Virus record (IMG/VR): IMGVR_UViG_3300032266_000815
Source of the DNA: an uncultured virus (IMG/VR IMGVR_UViG_3300032266_000815)
Lineage: Duplodnaviria; Heunggongvirae; Uroviricota; Caudoviricetes
Direction: 5' to 3' (one strand)
DNA length: 20,000 bases
Shown piece by piece: positions 1-7,100 of this stretch. The stretch's first letter is position 1. Every line of letters starts with the position of its first letter. The notes beneath the pieces are model-generated. The model ran no database searches. It saw nothing but the letters and a program-made list of their open reading frames with translations, and was not told where the DNA came from. The position numbers were made by a program, and so were the translations under genes.

Positions 1-807
1 GATCAAAATTCTATCAATCGAACTACCCATTTGTCCAGAACGATGAGTCATTATTGCTACTGCAGTAGCAGTTGATCCTCCCGTTGGTGCTCTGGAAATT
101 GATACAACTGGTACTGTCAAATAACCAGTTCCGTCATTTACTAAATCAATTCTTCCTATAGAACTTCCTCCAATTACAGAAAGATCGGATGCAAGTGAAA
201 CAGATGCAGTCGCAGTCCTTGCACTTGCTGAAGTCATTTGTATTGTTTGAATATAACCAAAGTCTTGAACAGATTTATCAACTTCTTCAAGTGAAGTGTT
301 AATATCTTCGTCCATTTCATAATCCATTACTTCACATCTTAACTCATAGATATACAAATTATTTAATTGATAGAAAGGTTTTTTCCCCTCTACATATTTA
401 ATTTCAAATATTGTATTATCTAAAGGAAGGTAAATCAAATCACCTTCTTCTGGTCTTGTTGATAACTCAATATTAGGATCACTAGAAAGAAATGGAGTAA
501 TAAAGTCTTCATATCTTTCTTTTGATATTGCAAAAGATACCTCATCTGTAGTTTTTACACCAAATTTCGATAAAATATCACCTTGACCACCAAATCCTTC
601 ATAATTGATTAAATACGCTTCAAGTCTAAATGCATCATCAAATTTGGATACTGTTATTTCTTTTAATATTGTTTTTTTATTAAAAATTTTTCTAGGTAAA
701 TATACAACATCCTGTCCATACATTCTCAATTGTTCATTGATCAAATTTTGTACTAATCTTTGTTCACTAGCAGAACCTTGCAGAAAATATGGATTGAGTG
801 GAGACAT
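1..807 (-). CDS. gp14: T4-like neck protein gp14 (head closure), 3' end outside the window
   Basis: Not in the ORF track because there is no stop in the window. Manual translation from ATG at 807-805 gives MSPLNPYFLQGSASEQRLVQNLINEQLRMYGQDVVYLPRK...AYLINYEGFGGQGDILSKFG...RPEEGDLIYLPLDNTIFEIKYVEGKKPFYQLNNLYIYELRCE, open for 269 codons to position 1. These motifs match T4-type gp14, and the start is 4 nt after the gp13 stop. Confidence 0.93.
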   Translation of the reverse strand, partial: MSPLNPYFLQGSASEQRLVQNLINEQLRMYGQDVVYLPRKIFNKKTILKEITVSKFDDAFRLEAYLINYEGFGGQGDILSKFGVKTTDEVSFAISKERYEDFITPFLSSDPNIELSTRPEEGDLIYLPLDNTIFEIKYVEGKKPFYQLNNLYIYELRCEVMDYEMDEDINTSLEEVDKSVQDFGYIQTIQMTSASARTATASVSLASDLSVIGGSSIGRIDLVNDGTGYLTVPVVSISRAPTGGSTATAVAIMTHRSGQMGSSIDRILI

Positions 808-811
808 CTTA

Positions 812-1627
812 TTAACCTATCATATCCATTGGAGGCAATTCGTATTCTGTCTTTAACTGGTGTTCACTCTCTTCTATCTCTTTGACTGCATCATCAAAAA
901 GTTGTCTTCCATTTAGTTGAACACCGCCAGGAAGCAATACGCCCTGGAATTTAATCATATTTTGTCCCCATTGTTTTTTAATTATTGCAGTTAAATATTT
1001 TTTAAGCCACCAATCATTGTATACACTTGATGCATCTGCTGGATCTACTAGTCTGTAACAATCAAATATAAGATAATTATTTGGTCCCATTTGACTCCAA
1101 TCAATATCTAAATATAATCTATGATTTTTTTTATTAAATCTAGTTTGAATGTCTGGAGTAATAATTCTACTCAAATCTTCCAAATAGGTTTTGACCATTG
1201 CATAATTCAAAATATCAAGTGCTCCATAATAATATAAATCATTTAAAAATAATTGATATTTGATATTAAATAAACCACTAGAAATTGTACTGGAATCTAC
1301 CTTGAATACATTATTTACACCAATTACATGATCGGGAAGTTGTATGAAGTTATTAGATTCTGTATAAGAAACAGTAGTAATTCCAACATTGGAAGATGCA
1401 GTTGAAGTTGTAACTCCTGTTTTTATAGAATCTAATTGACTTTGTGATAACTGATGTTTTAAGAATACTTTTTCAATTCCATCATAATGTCTTTCATTAA
1501 AATATTGAATTGCATCATCAACTAAATCGTCAATTTGATCATCATCTACGTTAATTTCTATTACCGGATATCCAAGTTTTCTTAAACAATAATCTATTAA
1601 ACCTTGACGTGATGATGGTTGAGCCAT
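812..1627 (-). CDS. gp13: T4-like neck protein gp13 (head-tail adaptor)
   Basis: 271 aa. N-terminus PSSRQGLIDYCLRKLGYPVIEINVDDDQIDDLVDDAIQYFNERHYDG and C-terminus WLKKYLTAIIKKQWGQNMIKFQGVLLPGGVQLNG are typical of cyanophage/T4 gp13. It lies directly upstream of gp14. Confidence 0.95.
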   Translation of the reverse strand: MAQPSSRQGLIDYCLRKLGYPVIEINVDDDQIDDLVDDAIQYFNERHYDGIEKVFLKHQLSQSQLDSIKTGVTTSTASSNVGITTVSYTESNNFIQLPDHVIGVNNVFKVDSSTISSGLFNIKYQLFLNDLYYYGALDILNYAMVKTYLEDLSRIITPDIQTRFNKKNHRLYLDIDWSQMGPNNYLIFDCYRLVDPADASSVYNDWWLKKYLTAIIKKQWGQNMIKFQGVLLPGGVQLNGRQLFDDAVKEIEESEHQLKTEYELPPMDMIG

Positions 1628-1629
1628 TG

Positions 1630-1869
1630 TTAGAAACCTGCCTCTTCGTATTTATCTTCTTCTTTTAACTTTTTTGTTTTATTTTTAATCAAATCGTCAT
1701 ATTTTTTTTGAAGTTCCAAATTTACAATTAGAAGTTTATTTTTTTCATCTTCATAATCTTGAACTAAAGATTGCATTTTTGCTTCCAAAAGAATATTCTG
1801 ATTTAGTAGATTTGAAATTTTTTGTGTGTATACATTTACTAAAATATTCACATCAACATCATTATTCAT
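1630..1869 (-). CDS. Small coiled-coil hypothetical protein between the fibre gene and gp13
   Basis: 79 aa with heptad-like Leu/charged pattern (KISNLLNQNILLEAKMQSLVQDYE). Packed with 2-nt gaps to both neighbours. Confidence 0.85.
   Translation of the reverse strand: MNNDVDVNILVNVYTQKISNLLNQNILLEAKMQSLVQDYEDEKNKLLIVNLELQKKYDDLIKNKTKKLKEEDKYEEAGF
1649..1656 (-). promoter_or_regulatory. Putative T4-type late promoter (GATAAATA) for gp13-gp14
   Basis: Minus-strand GATAAATA about 21 nt upstream of the gp13 ATG, inside the 3' end of the preceding ORF. It is followed by a purine-rich GAGGCAGG possible RBS and matches the NATAAATA cyanophage late consensus. Confidence 0.6.
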
Positions 1870-1871
1870 AA

Positions 1872-3605
1872 TTAGAATTGACCTCCATCTATAGTGTCAG
1901 TCCAAACAGGAACATTTGAAGCATTTGTAGTCAAAATATAATTTGAAGTACTTGCATAACCAACTTCTGGAGATGTAGTACTTGTAAGTTTTCCATTTGA
2001 ATCAAAATATGCAGATCCTCTGGTACTAATGCCAGAAGATGTAAAATTAAGATATAAAGCTCCAATATCAAGAGTACCCTTAGTTCCTGATACTACACTA
2101 TTTGTAAATGTAGCATCAGGAATAAAAGTAAGGTAACCAGTAGAATCTTTGTAACCAAAGAAACCTTTTTTATAATTTGCAATACCAGAACTTGTATTGT
2201 ATTCAAAAGAAATACCACGGTCAGTATTTGTGTCATAATAATGTTGTACTGTTAACTGCGTAGTCGTTGCAATTCCAGAAGTTGTGGTTCCAGAAATTGT
2301 AATAACTTTAGAGGTAGAATTATATGCCGTAACAGTTCTATCGGCAGTCGTTACTGGAAGTCCATTTGGACCAGAAATAATATCGCCAGTATTGATACCA
2401 ACAACTGAATCTAATGTAATTGTACTCACACCAGAAGCAACAGTTCCCATAATGGTCCTGATGCTTGTAATATCCCCAAGATTGAATATTACTTCATTTG
2501 CACTTACAGTGCTTGAATTTACTGTAGTTGTAGTTCCATCTACTTGTAAATCACCTTTAACAACAACAGTACCCTGATTGCTTAATCCATCTGGGTATGG
2601 GTCAATATAAAGAGTATTTCCTCCACCGGATTTAGTAGAAATTACATTCGAACTAATTCCAATATTATCAATTATTGCTCCACCGATATTGGTAAATACG
2701 CCAGAGTGTGTAATCGATCCAGTAAATGTACTAACTCCGATTACAGTATGTATATCACTACCAGAGTCGCCTAAATTTGTATTTCCTTGTACTATTAGAT
2801 TACCAGTAAGAGTCTGATTTGCTGTTACGTTTAAACTACCACCAATATAAACATTACTTGCAATTCCAACTCCTCCAGATACAACTAAAGCACCAGTTGT
2901 AGTTGAACTTGAGGTTGTAGTTCCATTAATTTTTACATCACTTGCAAAAGTACCAAATCCTGCCTTAGATACGACAAATTTTGATACTCCACCTACTTGA
3001 AGATCAACTAATTTTGAAGAACTGGCAGATTGAGTATCTGTTATGTTTACTCTCAGACCAGTAAAATCTATTCCAGAGTTATTCCAAGTACTTGTGGCAT
3101 TTAAAACTGGATAATCTAAAGATAAAGTACCTTGGGTTACTGATGTAGAACCATTTGTACTATCAACTACAAATCTATTTGTAGATCCGTCAGTAATATT
3201 AAAATTCTGTGAAGTACCACCAGTGAATATTAAATCTCCTGTACCATTTGGATCAATATAAATATCACCATTTGAATTTGTAGATGAAACTGTATTTCCA
3301 TCAATTGTAATATTATCTACATTCCATTGATCAACTTTACGATTTTGATCTAGAACAGGAACAAAACCATTTGCTGGAGTTGTTGGGTTTGCTTGCCCAG
3401 AGACTAAACCAGGAGCAATACTTAGAAGATCTGTATAATATCTACCACCAACTATTTGTGGATTTGAAGAATTGTCACCAGCAAATAATCTTCCTCCAAA
3501 GTTTCCATTGGTTCCTACACCAACTGTAAGACCAAGTTCTCCAAAATTTAAACTACCTGGAGATACAGTTCCTGTGGATCTTTTGACTCTGATTATGCTT
3601 GCCAT
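1872..3605 (-). CDS. Fibre-like virion structural protein
   Basis: 577 aa, Gly/Ser/Thr/Val-rich and beta-type. N-terminus MASIIRVKRSTG...L.FGELG resembles the Mtd_N-like attachment domains of phage fibres, and the C-terminus is IDGGQF. GGAGG RBS at 3615-3619 and TAATG stop/start overlap with the upstream ORF. Confidence 0.8.
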   Translation of the reverse strand: MASIIRVKRSTGTVSPGSLNFGELGLTVGVGTNGNFGGRLFAGDNSSNPQIVGGRYYTDLLSIAPGLVSGQANPTTPANGFVPVLDQNRKVDQWNVDNITIDGNTVSSTNSNGDIYIDPNGTGDLIFTGGTSQNFNITDGSTNRFVVDSTNGSTSVTQGTLSLDYPVLNATSTWNNSGIDFTGLRVNITDTQSASSSKLVDLQVGGVSKFVVSKAGFGTFASDVKINGTTTSSSTTTGALVVSGGVGIASNVYIGGSLNVTANQTLTGNLIVQGNTNLGDSGSDIHTVIGVSTFTGSITHSGVFTNIGGAIIDNIGISSNVISTKSGGGNTLYIDPYPDGLSNQGTVVVKGDLQVDGTTTTVNSSTVSANEVIFNLGDITSIRTIMGTVASGVSTITLDSVVGINTGDIISGPNGLPVTTADRTVTAYNSTSKVITISGTTTSGIATTTQLTVQHYYDTNTDRGISFEYNTSSGIANYKKGFFGYKDSTGYLTFIPDATFTNSVVSGTKGTLDIGALYLNFTSSGISTRGSAYFDSNGKLTSTTSPEVGYASTSNYILTTNASNVPVWTDTIDGGQF

Positions 3606-3829
3606 TAAAAGCTACCTCCGTTGATGTCCAAATTTTGAGTGTTACCTGGTGTTAATGATAAAGTTGCTTCCCATTTTGATATTGCAGCATTATATACTAA
3701 AACCATACCGTCCGATAAAGATGTAATACTTACATCGGACAGACCTGCCAAACTACCCCCGGTATTACCAAAGGTTGAAAGAACTTTAATGGCATTTTCG
3801 GAACCCAATCTTACCTTGATGTCAGCCAT
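3605..3829 (-). CDS. Small hypothetical structural-module protein (MADIKVRLG...)
   Basis: 74 aa containing an LSDV...L.DG.VLVYN....KW motif common in phage fibre-associated proteins, ending INGGSF. Coupled to the fibre gene by a TAATG overlap. Confidence 0.85.
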   Translation of the reverse strand: MADIKVRLGSENAIKVLSTFGNTGGSLAGLSDVSITSLSDGMVLVYNAAISKWEATLSLTPGNTQNLDINGGSF

Positions 3830-3834
3830 TTTTC

Positions 3835-3900
3835 TTATGCGGTGGTGACTTCAAAATATTCACATATATTATTTTTTATGTCAGCAACATAAAAATCCAT
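3835..3900 (-). pseudogene. 21-aa mini-ORF (MDFYVADIKNNICEYFEVTTA), possible relic of a deleted gene or a leader peptide
   Basis: ATG at 3900-3898, TAA at 3837-3835. It is the first ATG downstream of the TATAAATA promoter and ends 5 nt before the next start codon. The relic interpretation is inference from recalled cyanophage gene order. Confidence 0.4.
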
Positions 3901-3929
3901 TAGATAAACACTTTATAGTATCCTGAATA

Positions 3930-3937
3930 TATTTATA
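3930..3937 (-). promoter_or_regulatory. T4 late promoter TATAAATA
   Basis: Exact match to the T4 gp55 late consensus on the minus strand. It overlaps the TAA of the 73-aa ORF and faces the only sizeable intergenic gap, ahead of the fibre/neck genes. Confidence 0.85.
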
Positions 3938-4154
3938 CTTCCTTTGATATTACCTGTTTCAAAAGATTTTTAATTTCATTAATATCATTCTTTAGTATTT
4001 CAACATCTTCAAATAATTGTGCTGATTTTTCAATTTCTTTTATCTTTTTTTCTTTTTCAATTAAAAAATTCTCATAATCACTATTTGAATAATTTATGAT
4101 AGCATTAGTCTTTTCGTCTCTAAACAAAAACTTATGATCTTTTACTGGTATCAT
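3933..4154 (-). CDS. Small hypothetical protein following the VrlC-like gene
   Basis: 73 aa. V..H..LFRD..TNAIIN N-terminus and coiled-coil C-terminus (LKNDINEIKNLLKQV), a pattern I recall after VrlC-like genes of T4-like cyanophages. ATGA overlap with the upstream TGA at 4151-4154. Confidence 0.88.
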   Translation of the reverse strand: MIPVKDHKFLFRDEKTNAIINYSNSDYENFLIEKEKKIKEIEKSAQLFEDVEILKNDINEIKNLLKQVISKEV

Positions 4155-7100
4155 GATTTGGATGCAATAACTCTTAGATCTTTAATTCTTGGATATAATG
4201 CTTGATTTGATCCAGACATTAAAATTTTAATTTGGAATCCATTGAATGGTGGAAGATTTTCTGCATTGAACTCATAACTTCCAAAATCAGAACTGTTTGT
4301 GGAAGGAATAACAAATTTGTCCGATCTGCCACTATTATTTTTTGGATCAATTACAAAACCATTATTGTCTAAATTATCATATCCTGGGAATAACTCAAAA
4401 AATTGTTGTTGAAATGTGGAATCAGATCTTAATAATCTATACATAACTCTTATGTCGCTAGATGAATCTCTATATGCATCAAATAATACTTTCATACTAT
4501 CTGATGATTGCTTTAGATTTATTATTTTAGAAACATATATTGCAGCATGTGGATCATCAAATAGACTATTTACTCTTGGATCTTTGGAATAATTTGTAAC
4601 TGGATCATTCAATCTAGTCATTACTGTAATTACATTAACTCTATCGAGATCAATCATTGGAGAAACTTTTGGATCTCCAGTGGAGAATTGGACTTCTAAT
4701 GTGAAAGATTTATTTCCAGGATAAGCAGAGAGATAAGTTTTTTCATTTACTTCTGATGCAATAATTCTTGGTGAAGATAATACATGATCGGAAGTTAAAG
4801 ATATATCTTCAAATCCTTGATCAACATATGAAATCTCATTTCCACCAACACTACTACCAGAGAATGTTCTAATTCTACAACTTAAAGAACCTGTTGGTGG
4901 TATTAGTGTTTGAATGTTTGGTTTTATTATATTAAATGGTATATTTTGTGTTGCTTTTGGTCCTTTAGAATTTGAAGAAGTTGGAAGAATCGTTTGATAT
5001 GAACCACCAGATTTTGTTTCATTGAAATATAATGCTGGATATGCATTCCCATTTCCTGTGCTTCTATCCGTTCCGTCTGCGGTTGGATTTAATTCAATAC
5101 TATATTAATCCAAATCTATCGAATAAGAATTGGAGATTGTATGTGTTTTGTTAATTCTTTTTAAGGAAACTCCATTTAATTCATATTTTGATACAATTTC
5201 ATTTGAATTATATGAACTAGGTACAGATCCTCTTGAAATGCCTGTTAGTGTTTTTGTGGATGTATTTAATCCAGTGTATCCAATAATTTCATCTTTAATA
5301 AGTATGTAACCAGTATTTGCAACACTTACGGAAATATTTTCAAAATTATTAAAAATACTTACATCAGTCAAAGTCATTGCACTAGTAGAAGATGCACTAT
5401 AATCTGCTGCTAATCTTACCGGAGAAATATCGGATTCTATTCCACTTAAAGATACTTTATTTTGAGTAGAATACATTCCATGATTGTTATGATTTACTTT
5501 AAACTTCAATCCACTTGAAATTGAATTTACTGATGATGCATTTCCGCCAAGAATTGTTGTAATACCTGTAGTTGAAGTGTATTGAATGTACTTAGTGGTA
5601 TCAGTAGTATCAATTGTTCCTTGAACATTATCGACTATTAATGCATTTACTGATGTAATGATGCCAGCATTATTTGGAACTGTCAATAGTAGATTTTTAC
5701 CCAACCCTCCTGTACTCGTTGAAGTAATACTGAGAACATCGCCAATCCCGTAACCAATACCAGAAATTGTGACTGTTGCTGCAATTGCAACTCCTCCACT
5801 TACAGATAAGTTTGCCTTTGCACCTATACCATTACCAGTTATAGTAAGTAGATTTACGTTAGAATATGTTATTGATCCGTTTGTATATCCAACACCAGAA
5901 TTAGTTATTGTTAAAGTACCTGTAGATCCTGTACAAATTCCTCCCAATACTTTGGTTAAATTTGCAGAAAATGTTGAATTATTTTTTTGACTAATATTAA
6001 CTCCTTTCACTAACTGTACTTGATCTTGATATTTGATACTTGTTCCAATTCCGACTAAAGTATTATTTGAATACATTTGAATTGGATTTTGTCTTAGAGA
6101 TACAATTTGATTGTTACCTATACCCAAAGTTGGATTATAAAATCTTATATTTGAAGAATTTGTAATAAAATCTGCACGATATAAAGTGAATTTCAAATCT
6201 TCATATTGACTTGCATCCCAAGTTGCCCCATTTTGCGACTTAAATAGTGAACCTAAAAGTGGTTGTTGCGAAACAATAACTCGTTCTGATTCCGATTTAG
6301 ATAAAGTAGATACTTCAGGCTCTCCCATTCTAGAAATCCAAACATTATATTGATCAGATGCAGAAAGCAAAACAATTGAATATGCATTTGCAGTTTCAAG
6401 ATAAACTGGTGATGGGAAAGTAAATGTTGTAGGTATTGATCCATCTTCAGAGATTGAAACTTGACTTGGTTCCAAAACAACCTCACCAAAAGGAAGAATT
6501 GTTTGTGTTGGTAATCCAGTAGTCATTGTTCTCACTTGGAGAGTTACTGGAATGTTATTTGTGGATTTTGATCTGAAGAATATATCACATTTTGTAATAA
6601 AAACTCCATTTGCATCAGCAACTTCAAATGATTGCGCCAATGGATCTACCCATCTACTATTAGTTACCGTTCTATTTGTAAAAGATGTATCTGCAACGAT
6701 TCTTGTATCAGTTTCAGTTGTTTGTCTGTTATCTGTTTTTGCATTTCTTGAGATATCTGCATTTCTTATTCTTAATGTAGTTGCCTCAACATTGTCTAAT
6801 GTTCCATTTGATGTAAAATTAGATTCTGCAGAACTTTCAGAAAATCCAGATATTGTGGAATTTACTTCACTTGTAGTTAATTTAATTGTTTTTGTTCCAG
6901 TCGTAAATGTTGGTGTCGATGGAACAGTTGGATCCGGAATAAAGAACGATCCAATAAATGTTCCTGCACTATCACTAATCAACCTTATGTCTTTTATGTT
7001 ACATATTGCGCCACTACTTTGTCCAACAAGACGCATTCCAGAAACAGCTTGCCCATAAAATCCTGATGATGATTGAATTTCTAAACTTGCAGTATCAATA

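Noticed and set aside
1872..3605. Diversity-generating retroelement target, suggested by the Mtd_N-like N-terminus
   Set aside because: I saw no reverse transcriptase, no TR/VR repeat pair and no C-type-lectin-like C-terminus in the window.
4151..4657. 168-aa ORF as an independent gene
   Set aside because: Its ATG is an internal Met of the VSPMIDL motif in the VrlC frame, and the nearest GGAG is about 16 nt upstream. Independent initiation cannot be excluded but is not supported.
4658..5104. Apparent 447-nt intergenic gap as an ncRNA, intron or mobile element
   Set aside because: It is stop-free in the VrlC frame and translates to family-typical sequence, so it is coding sequence behind a premature stop.
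5105..5107. Genome-wide stop-codon reassignment (alternative genetic code)
   Set aside because: TAA is the real terminator of gp7, gp8, gp13, the fibre gene and the small ORFs, each followed closely by the next start. No other gene is interrupted, and no TAG or TGA readthrough is needed.
4640..5120. IDLD occurring both just before the stop and at the start of the 168-aa ORF, suggesting a duplication or splice
   Set aside because: The codons differ (ATA GAT TTG GAT versus ATT GAT CTC GAT) and the flanks are unrelated, so it is probably coincidence.
6253..6489. 78-aa minus-strand ORF nested out of frame in the VrlC-like gene
   Set aside because: It overlaps a highly conserved VrlC region in another frame and has no recognisable features.
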